A stretch of 64,000 nucleotides of DNA from Rhodospirillales bacterium (GTDB lineage: Bacteria; Pseudomonadota; Alphaproteobacteria; TMED109). The stretch is taken from positions 21,224 through 85,223 of the forward strand of contig JAPPED010000033.1 of assembly GCA_028824295.1 (NCBI GenBank), written 5' to 3'. The first letter of the stretch is position 1; each line of letters starts with the position of its first letter. The notes beneath the pieces are model-generated. The model did not search any database. It saw nothing but the letters and a program-made list of their open reading frames with translations, and was not told where the DNA came from. The position numbers were made by a program, and so were the translations under genes. This document shows, piece after piece, positions 51,341 to 61,538 of the stretch.

Positions 51341-51690
51341 GCCGAACCTTTACCGGTTGCAGGTCGCAAAAAAGGTCATCGTAACGCTTTGGACCGATGT
51401 ACCAAAATCGGGTCAAGTCGCTGGAATGGCCCCTTCGGACCGTGGATCGCCGAGACGAAAATCTCCGGCCACATCTGGCATTTGCCGTGTACCAGTCCGT
51501 GCCATACGGCGGGCGCGGGACGGTGTCACGCCCGGCTCTTTACCGATCATTATCGGCGACGGACGCCTGCCCTTCGGGGATTGAAGGGGCCCGCCATGGC
51601 CATGAACCCGGCGAGAGCCCCGCGGCAAGCAGACATAGGACGTGCCAGGGCAGGCCTGAAGAAACACGGGCGGCACTGCCGGTTAGCCGG

Positions 51691-52806
51691 TCAGTTAGCG
51701 GGCGCTGGCGGCTCTTCCGTGGCTTCTTCGGAAACCTGCTCCTTGATCAGGTCAGCCATGCGTCGCGAGAACTGCTTGCGCTTGGAAGGCGGCACGGCAA
51801 ACGCCCAATTCGACAACTGGGCGTTGAGTTCGTCGACTTCCAGTTCGACGTCTTCCAACGACGGCATCTCCGGAAGCCCAACAACGTTGGGTCCATCTTC
51901 CGGCAACTCCTTGCGAACCGACGGTGCGTACTCGGCGTCGACCCAGAGCCAATCGATTTCGTCCAGTTCTGCCGTTCTGACAACCAGTCGAAGCCCGTCA
52001 AACGTCTCCACCGTTGTGGCCGGGCCTTCGTTGGGTAGCGCGAGGTCCGATCGTTTTTCAATCGCCACTGCCTTGACCCGCTCGAGCGCCGTTCCGTGCT
52101 GGTTGCCGACGTACGGATTTTCCGGCTCGTAACCCTCAGGAATATTCTGGAGGCCGAAGTACTGATCCGAGAACAGCGCCCGTTCAATCAGGACCTGTTC
52201 GCCGTCTGCATGTTCCGTGATGAAGCGCTGTACGCGCCAGCGGGGCAGGTCAAGAATTGACGAGTCCAGCCAACCCATGGGCTGGCCGGGGAGATCGAAA
52301 TTTCGCCACACCAGCCACGCCTGATCCTCGCCGGCGCGGCGCACATAGCGAGCCCTCTGGTTACCGCTCGCGTCGCGGCCGACGAGCAGCGACGCAAGGG
52401 GGGTTTCCGCCTCGTCGACGAGCGAAATCGATACTGCACCGCCCTCGGATGCCGTGGGATCGTTCAGGCCAAGCGCACCGTGCCGCGCTGGGTCCGATGT
52501 CCGGGGCTCAAGCGTTTCCAGCACCGACATGGAGACGAGGACCTGCTTGACCTTGTCGGTTTCCACCGGGTAGTCGGCGAGCTCTGGCATGATCCAGTCG
52601 CCCGTCTCGCCGCGGATAATTCGGAAGGTCCCGTGTTCGCTTTCCACGCGCACCTCCTGAACCGCGTTGATCTCGTCCATCAGAGACGGAAACACCCGCT
52701 GCGGTTCATTGGTGCTCTGCAGACTTGTGTCACGCCAGATCGTGGCGGCGACGGCGACGGCCACCACCACGACCGTGCCCGCAGCAAAGACGACGAGGCG
52801 CCTCAC
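51691..52806 (-). CDS. DUF4340-like membrane-anchored protein associated with the GldG-type ABC system
   Basis: GTG start in a GTGA overlap. It has an N-terminal TM segment (LVVFAAGTVVVVAVAVAATIW), and this family commonly sits last in such an operon. Confidence 0.7.
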   Translation of the reverse strand: MRRLVVFAAGTVVVVAVAVAATIWRDTSLQSTNEPQRVFPSLMDEINAVQEVRVESEHGTFRIIRGETGDWIMPELADYPVETDKVKQVLVSMSVLETLEPRTSDPARHGALGLNDPTASEGGAVSISLVDEAETPLASLLVGRDASGNQRARYVRRAGEDQAWLVWRNFDLPGQPMGWLDSSILDLPRWRVQRFITEHADGEQVLIERALFSDQYFGLQNIPEGYEPENPYVGNQHGTALERVKAVAIEKRSDLALPNEGPATTVETFDGLRLVVRTAELDEIDWLWVDAEYAPSVRKELPEDGPNVVGLPEMPSLEDVELEVDELNAQLSNWAFAVPPSKRKQFSRRMADLIKEQVSEEATEEPPAPAN

Positions 52807-54707
52807 CGGGACTGCCTCCGGCGGCGTCGGACCAGGGGCACGATCAGGGCTGCAATCACGACCAGTACCGGCATCACGTAGCTATTCAGCGCCTCCAGGC
52901 GTGCGGACAGCGCATCGATGTCACTCCTGAGGTCGTACTGCACGTCCCGCAGGCGTTTGCGGATCGTGACGATCTGCTCGCGGAACTCAGCAATTGTCTC
53001 GCGCTGTTCGGCGGTCAGGATCGGTGCGCCCTCTTCCGCCTCCTGGGCGACGGTGCCCTGCAGCTCACGGAGCTTGTTCTCGGTTTCCTGCAACTGGCCC
53101 TGCAGTGCGCGCTCGGTTTCGCGATAGCGAGTCTCTGCCTCGCGCTCAAGATCCTGGACCACCGTGAACGGGCGCACGGACGAGCCACGGCTTCGGAGGC
53201 CGATGAGTTCGCCACCGCCGGCGAGCGACTCCAGCGCATTGATGACGAACGAGCCATTGTCGGCGGTCGGCACAGCGCTCGTCCGGCCGAAGAACTCCCG
53301 CGTTGCCACCCACACGTTGTCAGCGAGGACGTCGCTGTCAGCCACGACAACTAGGTGACCCGCCTCGGTCGATGCCCGGTGATCCGCCGGTACGGACTCC
53401 GTGTCCTCTCCGGCATTATCGGCGCCCGGCGGGCCGTCTGGAAATGCCGACGGGAGCGTCCCGGTGACCCTGGCCGCCAGCACCCGTGTTTCCGTGTCCG
53501 CCACGAAATCCGCCAGCAACTGGGTGGGGTCGGGCCGGACTTGGATTCGGAAACGCTCAACCGACATCGACTGGGGCGTAGCGCGGACAAGGGATGCGAA
53601 TCCGGGCGCCGGATTTTCTTCGGTGGGTCGCAGCCATCCGGACGAATGCATAAACAGCCGCTCCAGATTGGCGGTGATCACGTCGTCGTTGCTGAACGAT
53701 GGGTCCAAGAGCGCGAGCCAGAGAATGTAATCCACGACCTGTCCGCCGCCGATGCTCACCTTCCGGGCTGCCAAACGGTCGCCCACAACTTCGCCGGGTG
53801 CCAGTTCGAAACCCCAGGGCTGGAAAAGCTCCGACAAATTGGAGTAGGGGATGTAAATGCGGCGCTGCTGCGGATCGATGTATGAGAACTCGATCTCGGA
53901 AAATGGATCGACGAAGAAGATTGCCCCGCGCCCACTCATGACGAATTGGTCGATCAGATAGAGCACGTCCGGTTTCGGAGTCTTCGGGTGCACCACCATC
54001 AGGATGTCGATGTCGTCGCTGATCTCGGTTGGCTCGGGTCCGAGGTTTTCGACATCGAACAACTGCAGCAACTGTCCGTGGATGGCCCACGGGGGTACGT
54101 AGTCGGTCGGGGCGCTTTCTTCCGTCGGAAGCCCGCCAGCCACCGGAAGCGAGGTCACCAGGCCCACCTTCACACGGCGAGGGTTCGCCAAATCGTAAAC
54201 GATCCGCGTCAGGTCGTATTCGAGAAATGCTTCCCGTTCACGCTCGAAAAACGGAATCCGTTCCGTGTCGTCGGTGCTGTTGGTGGCCACCAGTCCGAAG
54301 TACAGGCGTTCGCCGGCCGAACTGACGGGGACTCCCTGCAAGTCGTAGACCACCGCCAGGTCTTCCTGGTCGGAGAAGGGTACCGGGTCGATCCGCTCAA
54401 GCTCGATCAGACCGTCGGAGGACGCAACGTATTGTTCGAGCAGTTCCCGTACGCGCCGCTCGTAATCCCGGACTTGCGGGATATCCCGGCTCAGCTGTTC
54501 GGAAAAGAAGAGGCGAAGGGAAATCGGCTCGGCAAGATTGTCCAGCACATGCTGGGTGCTGTCGGAGAGGGTGTATAGCCCTTCAGCCGTGAGGTCGACG
54601 CGGGCATTCCGGAAGAGCGCCCCGGACAGGACATTTACCGCAACGAATGCTGCAATCGTCAGGGCCAGCCAGGCGCCGGTGGCGAGGGTGCGTTGTTTCT
54701 GGAGCAT
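52803..54707 (-). CDS. GldG-like ABC-transport auxiliary protein
   Basis: 634 aa. It has N- and C-terminal TM segments flanking a large periplasmic domain, plus a C-terminal coiled coil (ETERALQGQLQETENKLRELQ). Confidence 0.8.
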   Translation of the reverse strand: MLQKQRTLATGAWLALTIAAFVAVNVLSGALFRNARVDLTAEGLYTLSDSTQHVLDNLAEPISLRLFFSEQLSRDIPQVRDYERRVRELLEQYVASSDGLIELERIDPVPFSDQEDLAVVYDLQGVPVSSAGERLYFGLVATNSTDDTERIPFFEREREAFLEYDLTRIVYDLANPRRVKVGLVTSLPVAGGLPTEESAPTDYVPPWAIHGQLLQLFDVENLGPEPTEISDDIDILMVVHPKTPKPDVLYLIDQFVMSGRGAIFFVDPFSEIEFSYIDPQQRRIYIPYSNLSELFQPWGFELAPGEVVGDRLAARKVSIGGGQVVDYILWLALLDPSFSNDDVITANLERLFMHSSGWLRPTEENPAPGFASLVRATPQSMSVERFRIQVRPDPTQLLADFVADTETRVLAARVTGTLPSAFPDGPPGADNAGEDTESVPADHRASTEAGHLVVVADSDVLADNVWVATREFFGRTSAVPTADNGSFVINALESLAGGGELIGLRSRGSSVRPFTVVQDLEREAETRYRETERALQGQLQETENKLRELQGTVAQEAEEGAPILTAEQRETIAEFREQIVTIRKRLRDVQYDLRSDIDALSARLEALNSYVMPVLVVIAALIVPLVRRRRRQSR

Positions 54708-54710
54708 CGG

Positions 54711-55448
54711 TCAGCTACCGCGCTTCGCGTCAACGATGACAGTGTTCAGCAAGAGCGCGCCGATGATCAGGGATCCGAAGAACACCAGGTCCCGAAGGTC
54801 AATGACTCCCCGGCTCAAATCATTGAAGTGCGTGAGAAAACTGAACGAGGCAATGGTGTCGAGCAGCGTCTGCGGCGTCCAGGCCGAGAAGAAATTCAGG
54901 ACGATCGGCAGGCCGCTGACGGTGAACAGGAAGCACACGCTCACCGAGACCACGAACGCGATGACCTGATTTCGGGTGAGCGCGGATACACAGGAACCGA
55001 TAGCGAGGTATCCCCCCGCCATCAGGAAGCTGCCGACGTAACTGCCAATGATGACCCCGTGGTCCGGGTCACCGAGGTAGCTCACGGTGATCCACAGGGG
55101 AAACGTGAGGCTCAGCGCGATGCCGGTAAAGATCCACGCGGCGAGGAACTTTCCGACGACGGCTTGTGCCGCCGATATCGGCAGGGTCATCAGGATTTCC
55201 AGCGTCCCGGTCTTGCGCTCTTCGGACCAGAGGCGCATCGCGATGGCGGAGACGAGAAACAGGTACAGCCAAGGGTGCCACTGGAAGAATGCGTACAAGT
55301 CGGCCTGACCTCGATCGAAGAAGTTTCCCATGTGAAACGTCAACAGTGAGGCCAGCAACAGAAAGATGGCAATGAAAACGTAGGCGACAGGCGTGACGAA
55401 GTAGCTCACGAGTTCGCGTCGCAGGACCGCCAGGACCGGAGTTGTCAT
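54711..55448 (-). CDS. ABC-2 type transporter permease (GldF-like)
   Basis: MTTPVLAVLRRELVSYFVTPVAYVFIAIFLLL..., with 6 predicted TM segments. Confidence 0.85.
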   Translation of the reverse strand: MTTPVLAVLRRELVSYFVTPVAYVFIAIFLLLASLLTFHMGNFFDRGQADLYAFFQWHPWLYLFLVSAIAMRLWSEERKTGTLEILMTLPISAAQAVVGKFLAAWIFTGIALSLTFPLWITVSYLGDPDHGVIIGSYVGSFLMAGGYLAIGSCVSALTRNQVIAFVVSVSVCFLFTVSGLPIVLNFFSAWTPQTLLDTIASFSFLTHFNDLSRGVIDLRDLVFFGSLIIGALLLNTVIVDAKRGS

Positions 55449-56176
55449 TCCGTCCTCCCGGTGAGCTTCCGGAACACGTCGTCGAGCGTTCCTGCGCCGC
55501 CGGCATCCGCCAGCAGGTTGGACGGCGTGCCGTCCACCAACTTGCGTCCTCTAGCGATGATCATTGCACGAGTACATACGGCGTCGACCTCTTCGAGAAT
55601 GTGGGTTGAAATCACGATCGCCTTGGTATCCGCCATCGTTTTGATGAGTTCTCGGACTTCGTGTTTCTGGTTGGGGTCCAGGCCATCGGTGGGTTCATCC
55701 AGGACCAGCACACCGGGGTCGTGCAGAATGGCAAGTGCCAGACCTACTCGGCGCTTGAAGCCCTTCGACAGCGTCTCGACCTGCTGATAGAGAACCGTTT
55801 CAAGACGCAGCCGCTCAATGACGTATTCCGTGCGCTGCTGACGGGTGGCGGTGTCCATCCCTCGCGCCGACGCGACGAAGTGGAGGATGGCGTCCACCGT
55901 CATCTCGCCGTACAGCGGGGCGCCTTCCGGAAGGTAGCCGAGCTGGCGTTTGATTTCGCGTGGATGGTCCTGCACATCGAACCCCGCGATACGCGCGGTG
56001 CCGGCGCTCGGCGGCAGATAACCCGCCACCATCCGCATGGTGGTGGTCTTTCCGGCCCCGTTTGGGCCCAGAAAGCCCAGGACTTCGCCTTGTTCAACCG
56101 TAAATGAAATGTCGTCGACGGCAGTGAACGGGCCGAAGCGTCGGGTCAGCCGGTCGATTTCGAGCAATGCAGGCAT
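55445..56176 (-). CDS. ABC transporter ATP-binding protein (GldA-like)
   Basis: From ATG 56176 (the track start at 56266 is TTG). Walker A GPNGAGKTT, signature LSKGFKRRVGLA, Walker B LVLDEPTDGLD. Confidence 0.9.
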   Translation of the reverse strand: MPALLEIDRLTRRFGPFTAVDDISFTVEQGEVLGFLGPNGAGKTTTMRMVAGYLPPSAGTARIAGFDVQDHPREIKRQLGYLPEGAPLYGEMTVDAILHFVASARGMDTATRQQRTEYVIERLRLETVLYQQVETLSKGFKRRVGLALAILHDPGVLVLDEPTDGLDPNQKHEVRELIKTMADTKAIVISTHILEEVDAVCTRAMIIARGRKLVDGTPSNLLADAGGAGTLDDVFRKLTGRTE

Positions 56177-56311
56177 GGCTTTGGGAGAGGTCCGAGGAAG
56201 GTGCGGGGTCGCGGACTGCCGGATGGAACATAGTGCGGAAGGACGCATGCGCAAGGCGTTGGCCAAGTCGCACGTGCAGCGCCCTGCCGCGTATCGAACT
56301 AACGGAGCCGA

Positions 56312-56977
56312 TCAGCCCGTCGCATATAGCGGAATATTCGCGCTACGGATAGCTTGATTCTGTGGGGATGCCAAGAAGGTGATGGCTTGGGCAGCAGCTT
56401 CGAGGGTAACCCAACTCGAGTAGTCGGCATCAGGTTGGGCACGCCGGTTCTCTTCGGTGTCCAGAATCGAGGGGGCAATCGCATTGACGAAGATGTTTTC
56501 CCCGGCCACTTCCTCCCCAATCGCTTCAGTCATCGTGGCGACAGCGCTCTTGCTGAGGGCATAGGCAACCATACCGCCCGCATTCCTGGGCTCGAGGGCA
56601 GCGCGCGCGGACACGTTCACGATTCTCCCTCCACTCCCGTGGAGGCGGAAGATGCGAATGGCTTCCCGGCAGCAAAGGAAGCAGGAGCGGGCGTTCATCC
56701 GCCACATATGCTGGAGCATGTCCTCGTTGGTGTCGCCGATGTCGGCCATCGCGAATCCGCCGGCAAGATTGATGGATGCCCACATCGTCGGATGCCGCCG
56801 GTACCAGAGGTGCACGGCCGACTCCCGGGCCAGGTCGGGGCCGCCGTCAGCCGGGTCCTTCGGTGCCTGAACGTCCGCATTGAGCGTCTTGAGCATCGCC
56901 ACGACTGCTCGTCCGAGGTTTCCTGCCGCGCCCGTGACAACGACTAGGCGACCCTCGAAATCGACACCGATCGGCAT
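56312..56977 (-). CDS. SDR family oxidoreductase (atypical)
   Basis: From ATG 56977: RLVVVTGAAGNLGRAV...YALSKSAV. Confidence 0.8.
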   Translation of the reverse strand: MPIGVDFEGRLVVVTGAAGNLGRAVVAMLKTLNADVQAPKDPADGGPDLARESAVHLWYRRHPTMWASINLAGGFAMADIGDTNEDMLQHMWRMNARSCFLCCREAIRIFRLHGSGGRIVNVSARAALEPRNAGGMVAYALSKSAVATMTEAIGEEVAGENIFVNAIAPSILDTEENRRAQPDADYSSWVTLEAAAQAITFLASPQNQAIRSANIPLYATG

Positions 56978-57086
56978 TGGCTGGCTCCGGAACCGGGGTA
57001 TTCTGGTGGCGCGGGCCTCGTCCCGCGACCCGCCCAATGTCTACCGTCTTGTCCGAAATGCAAGCAGCCGCCAGCAGGAGAAGCTC

Positions 57087-57638
57087 ATGGCCGCCCAAAC
57101 CCCCATCTGCGACTTCGGCTGGAATGCTCCCGATTTCGATCTGCCGGGCATCGATGGCCGAAATTGGACGCTTGCCGACGTGACCGGCCCCCGGGCGACG
57201 TTGGTGATGTTCATTTGCAACCATTGTCCGTATGTCGTCGCGGCGGCGCGGAAGATCGTCCGGGATGCCGCCGAACTCAAGGATCACGGCGTTGGCATCG
57301 TCGCCATCATGCCCAACGATACCGAGGCGTATCCGGCTGACGACTTTCCCCGCATGAAGACGTTTGCGGCAGATCATCAGTTTCCATTTCCCTATCTGAT
57401 CGACCGCACGCAAAAGGTTGCGCGCGCGTACGGTGCTGTCTGCACTCCGGAATTCTTCGGTTTTGATGACAGTGGGGGGTTGCAGTATCGCGGTCGGTTG
57501 GACGATGCCCGCGCGGAGAAGCGCGACGGGACCAGGCGAGACCTCTTCGAAGCCATGAAAGCCATCGCCGCGGGACTGGGAGGACCGCAGGAGCAGCATG
57601 CGAGCATGGGATGCTCGATCAAGTGGAAAACCTCCTGA
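57087..57638 (+). CDS. Thioredoxin-fold (AhpC/TSA-like) protein
   Basis: From ATG 57087: APDFDLPGIDGRNWTLADV...LVMFICNHCPYV. The upstream 69 aa of the track ORF are antisense to the SDR. Confidence 0.85.
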   Translation: MAAQTPICDFGWNAPDFDLPGIDGRNWTLADVTGPRATLVMFICNHCPYVVAAARKIVRDAAELKDHGVGIVAIMPNDTEAYPADDFPRMKTFAADHQFPFPYLIDRTQKVARAYGAVCTPEFFGFDDSGGLQYRGRLDDARAEKRDGTRRDLFEAMKAIAAGLGGPQEQHASMGCSIKWKTS

Positions 57639-57641
57639 CGA

Positions 57642-58706
57642 ATGCGAACGGATACGCGGATTCAGGTCGAGGGAACAGATCTAGCCTTCGACGCGGCTTC
57701 GGACCGGCCGGTCCTCGATTCCGCGCTGGACGCGGGAATTCGTTTGCCGCACAACTGCAGAGGGGGGATTTGCGGGACCTGCCGGGCAACGGTGGTGTCC
57801 GGCACGCTCGAGGCGGAGAGTTCGGTTCAATATGCCCTAACCCAACGGGAGCGTGAAAACGGTGTCTGGTTGCTTTGCCAGGCCCGCCCGACGGCATCAG
57901 ACGTCGTCGTCCGGGTGCACGCTCCGTTGCCTCCGCAGCCCAAGGCAGCCGACGCACGGCCTCAGACGTTTCTTTGTGAAACGGTCGCGAGCCGCCCAGT
58001 CACGCCGCGGGTCCGTGAGCTGGTCTTTGCCCTGCCGAAGACTGCCGGTTTCGTGTTCAAGGCCGGCATGCACGTGGAGATCGCCGTGCCCGGCATCGAA
58101 CCGCCGCGCACGTATTCCATGCTTGATGCGCCGGGTCCGGGCGGAAAGCCCGTGGATGGGCTGCTTCGGTTCCTGGTAGCCCGTCAGGCCCCGGGGGCGG
58201 CGAGCGCCTGGCTGCACGAGACCTTGCGTCCGGGCATGGTGAGCTCCCTGACCGGCCCGTTCGGTACGTTCGGGCTACCGGAGCGCGTGCCAGGGCCCAT
58301 CCTGGGTCTTGCCGGCGGAACAGGAATTGCACCGGTGCTGGCGGTCGTTGAGGAAGCCCTCTCCGCCGGCTTCAGTGCCCCGGTCACGCTGGTGCTGTCC
58401 GTGCGCGACCGGGACGAGATCTTGGCCATGGACGCCTTCAGCCGAATCGCGAGACGGCACGAGAACTTCGCGTGGAAAGTCACGCTGACCCGCGAACAAC
58501 CGCCGCCCGGTACGCGGTTTGGCACTGGCCGCATCCCGGACATGCTCCATCGAGTGCACGGCCAGCTCGCGCACCATACCGTCCTGATCGCTGGCACCCC
58601 GGGGTTCGTCGATGCCTGCGAAGCCTGCGTCCAGGCTTTGGGCGCTGCACCGGATCGAATCGCCGTCGACTCGTTCCTTCCGGCCGACCCCGGCACACCG
58701 CAATAG
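57642..58706 (+). CDS. 2Fe-2S ferredoxin / FAD-NAD(P) oxidoreductase fusion (ferredoxin-reductase type)
   Basis: N-terminal plant-type cluster CRGGICGTCRA...C; RTYS (FAD-binding) and GLAGGTGIAP (NAD-binding) motifs. Confidence 0.85.
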   Translation: MRTDTRIQVEGTDLAFDAASDRPVLDSALDAGIRLPHNCRGGICGTCRATVVSGTLEAESSVQYALTQRERENGVWLLCQARPTASDVVVRVHAPLPPQPKAADARPQTFLCETVASRPVTPRVRELVFALPKTAGFVFKAGMHVEIAVPGIEPPRTYSMLDAPGPGGKPVDGLLRFLVARQAPGAASAWLHETLRPGMVSSLTGPFGTFGLPERVPGPILGLAGGTGIAPVLAVVEEALSAGFSAPVTLVLSVRDRDEILAMDAFSRIARRHENFAWKVTLTREQPPPGTRFGTGRIPDMLHRVHGQLAHHTVLIAGTPGFVDACEACVQALGAAPDRIAVDSFLPADPGTPQ

Positions 58707-58895
58707 GTTGAGTTCATTGCTTGAGCTAGACGATATCTGGCCGATGTCCTGCCCGGCCAACGTTAACTGAAATTTACATTCCGGAAACGTCGCGACAACC
58801 TTCGGGAAATATTCCCTAAATGCAGGGTCCTTAAGTTGGAATCCCGAGGCTCCCGGGTTCGATCGGAGCCTCCGTTTCTCCGATAAGGAACCTGC

Positions 58896-60296
58896 ATGTC
58901 AAGAAACGTTTTTCTGTCAGTAACCGCGGCGGTGGCGGCGTTTGCGGTTGCGTTGCCAGCAATGGCTGCCGTTCCGAGCCTGGCGCCGGTGGTTGAGGTC
59001 GTTCAGCCGGCCGTTGTGGCAATCGAGGTGGAACCGGTTGCGCTGCCAGTTGCCAGAGATGAGCCCAGGACCCTGCCACGAAAAAGCCCATTCGATTCCG
59101 ATTCGTTCTTCAAGAGAGAGTTCGGCCAGCACCTGCCTGGGCCTCCTGGGGTTCCCGCGATCCCTGACGACCAATTTCGAAAGCACGGCGGATCGGGATT
59201 CTTCATTGATGCCGATGGCCACCTCGTCACCAATGCCCACCTGATTGGCCAGGGTCGCGACATTCGGATTCACACCACTGACGGGGACGTGCTGGAAGCA
59301 ACGGTAATAGGACAGGATCGACAGAGCGACATTGCCCTCTTGAAGGTGGACGTTGAGCACGCGGTTCCGTACGTGACATTCGCTGATTCTGACGCCGTGC
59401 GGGTCGGCGACTGGGTGTTCGCAATTGGTAGTCCCTACGGTTTTCGAGGCACGGTGACGACCGGCATCGTCTCGGCGCGCGGCCGGGATATCGGTGCCGG
59501 GCAGTACGACGACTTCCTGCAGATCGATGCACCCATTAACCGGGGGAATTCTGGAGGTCCAACGTTCGACCTGACCGGGCAGGTGGTCGGCGTCAACACC
59601 GCAATTTACTCGCCTAGCGGCGGCAGCGTTGGCATCGGATTTGCAGTGCCGTCCAATACCGTCCGCCTGATCGTCGCCGACCTCATGGATGACGGGAAGG
59701 TGGACAGAGGCTGGCTGGGCGTTCAGATCCAGCCGGTCGACAAGGATCTCGCCGCCGCTCTCGGACTCGACGAGTCGCGCGGCGCGGTGGTTACCGACGT
59801 GTCAGAAGGAAGCCCTGCTGCAACGGCAGGACTACGGCCTGGCGGCGTTGTTATCGCGATCGATGACTCGCCTGTTCGAGGGGCCAGAGACCTGGCTCGG
59901 CAGATCGCCCGCACAGCACCTGGCGAAGAGGTCGCCCTTACGATCTGGCGAAATGGGAGCGAAGACACGGTCTTGGTTCGCTTGGGCCGCCGGCCCGGAG
60001 CCGATCTGGCGACGCTTCCTGCAGCACCGGACGGCCCGGACCTGGGTCTGCAGCTGGGGCAAGACGACGGCGACGGCGCCCTCATTGAACGGGTTCGACC
60101 CAGCAGTCCTGCGGCTGCCAAGAGCCTGCTTCCCGGAGACCGCATTCTGAAAGTGGACGGCATCCCAGTGTTGGACGCACACGACGCGACCAGCCGGTTG
60201 GCGGAGGCGTGGGAGGCCAAGCAGCGGTTCGTTGTGCTTGAAGTGACACGCGGAATCGAGGTCCGTTTCGTGGCACTGCGTTTGCGGTACGCCTAA
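58896..60296 (+). CDS. DegP/HtrA (Do) family periplasmic serine protease with two PDZ domains
   Basis: Signal peptide. Catalytic-triad contexts TNAHL, DIALLKV and GNSGGPTFD. Two PDZ-like C-terminal domains. Confidence 0.9.
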   Translation: MSRNVFLSVTAAVAAFAVALPAMAAVPSLAPVVEVVQPAVVAIEVEPVALPVARDEPRTLPRKSPFDSDSFFKREFGQHLPGPPGVPAIPDDQFRKHGGSGFFIDADGHLVTNAHLIGQGRDIRIHTTDGDVLEATVIGQDRQSDIALLKVDVEHAVPYVTFADSDAVRVGDWVFAIGSPYGFRGTVTTGIVSARGRDIGAGQYDDFLQIDAPINRGNSGGPTFDLTGQVVGVNTAIYSPSGGSVGIGFAVPSNTVRLIVADLMDDGKVDRGWLGVQIQPVDKDLAAALGLDESRGAVVTDVSEGSPAATAGLRPGGVVIAIDDSPVRGARDLARQIARTAPGEEVALTIWRNGSEDTVLVRLGRRPGADLATLPAAPDGPDLGLQLGQDDGDGALIERVRPSSPAAAKSLLPGDRILKVDGIPVLDAHDATSRLAEAWEAKQRFVVLEVTRGIEVRFVALRLRYA

Positions 60297-60403
60297 CCAG
60301 GCGTGCCGCACGCGGGCGGTGATCGGCATCCAGCCCGTCACGATCACCGCCCGCCCCTAGGTTGCACGCGGGCAGTTCCTCCCGTCGCCCGCCTGCTTGT
60401 AGC

Positions 60404-60438
60404 GGCCCCGGTCATCAGGTGACCGGGGCCGTATTTCT
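60404..60438 (+). terminator. Rho-independent terminator downstream of the protease gene
   Basis: GGCCCCGGTCA-tcagg-TGACCGGGGCC followed by GTATTTCT. Confidence 0.75.
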
Positions 60439-60746
60439 CTGCCTGCAGATCTGACGTGACCGCGCTGGGTCCTTCTGTCGCGCCGGGTCGCGTCCGCCAG
60501 GAGGGCCGTAGTCCTCGCACGTGTCTTGGACGGGGCGATGCGATGGTTTGGCGTGATCAGCCCCTGAACACCAATACGGATTCCAGCTCAAGGAAGAGAG
60601 GCCACGTACCTGGCTCCGAAGCTTGGCAACAGATGCGGCCTTGCCCGCGACGTCGACCGCGGGGAATTTGGTGAAGAGAGCTGATCGCGCTTGCCGGCGA
60701 CCGGAGCCAGGAGGGCTGGCCCATTCCGGCAGGGACACTCGTGCGG

Positions 60747-61538
60747 TCAAAGGGCCGGCCGGTCCAGACCGGCCGGCGACAGGGTAAATACCTCGAATCC
60801 TTCGCTGGTCACGCCAAGCGTGTGCTCGAATTGTGCCGACAGGGACCGATCTCGCGTTACCGCCGTCCACTGGTCATCGAGAATCCGTACGTCCGGTCTC
60901 CCTGCGTTGATCATGGGTTCGATGGTGAAGAACATGCCCTCCCGCAACGTCAAACCGGTATTCGGCGTGCCGTAATGGAGGACGGACGGGGCATCATGGA
61001 ACACCCTGCCAATCCCGTGGCCACAGAACATACGGACCACGGAGTATCGCTTGACTTCCGCACAGTTCTGAATCGCGTGCCCTATGTCGCCGAGAGTGGC
61101 TCCTGGACGCACTGCCCGAATCCCTGCCCACATGGCATCAAATGTCGTGTCGGTCAGGATTCGTCCCTGCAGAGACGGCTTTCCGACCCAGAACATCCGG
61201 CTGGTGTCTCCGTGCCAACCGTCGAGAATCACGGTGACGTCCAGATTCAGGATGTCCCCGTCCTTGAGACGGGTGCCGTCCGGAATGCCGTGGCAGACGA
61301 CATGATTGACGGACGTGCACACGGACTTGGGAAAACCCTTGTAGTTCAGCGGCGCCGGGACTGCCCCGCGGTTCACGATGAAGTTGTGGCACAACTGGTC
61401 CAGCTCTTCGGTGGTTACCCCCGCCCTGACCTTCGGCGTGATGAAGTCGAGCACCTCTGCAGCGAGCCTGCCGGCCCTTCGCATTGCGGCAAACGCCTCG
61501 GCATCGTGAATTCGGACGTGTCGATGCAAATCATTCAT
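60747..61538 (-). CDS. map: Type I methionine aminopeptidase
   Basis: GFPKSVCTSVNHVVCHGIP...DIVNIDVT-like LNLDVT...HGIG...FTIEPM. Confidence 0.95.
   Translation of the reverse strand: MNDLHRHVRIHDAEAFAAMRRAGRLAAEVLDFITPKVRAGVTTEELDQLCHNFIVNRGAVPAPLNYKGFPKSVCTSVNHVVCHGIPDGTRLKDGDILNLDVTVILDGWHGDTSRMFWVGKPSLQGRILTDTTFDAMWAGIRAVRPGATLGDIGHAIQNCAEVKRYSVVRMFCGHGIGRVFHDAPSVLHYGTPNTGLTLREGMFFTIEPMINAGRPDVRILDDQWTAVTRDRSLSAQFEHTLGVTSEGFEVFTLSPAGLDRPAL

Noticed and set aside
50693-52132. 479-aa plus-strand ORF spanning the PhyH gene, an intergenic region and the DUF4340 gene
   Set aside because: It crosses an intergenic gap while antisense to two well-supported genes. It is low-complexity and Arg/Gly/Ser-rich.
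58707-58895. An RpoE/ECF-type promoter upstream of the DegP/HtrA gene
   Set aside because: I looked for GGAAC-N16/17-type motifs. Only loose matches such as GGAAAC are present, which is not enough to call.
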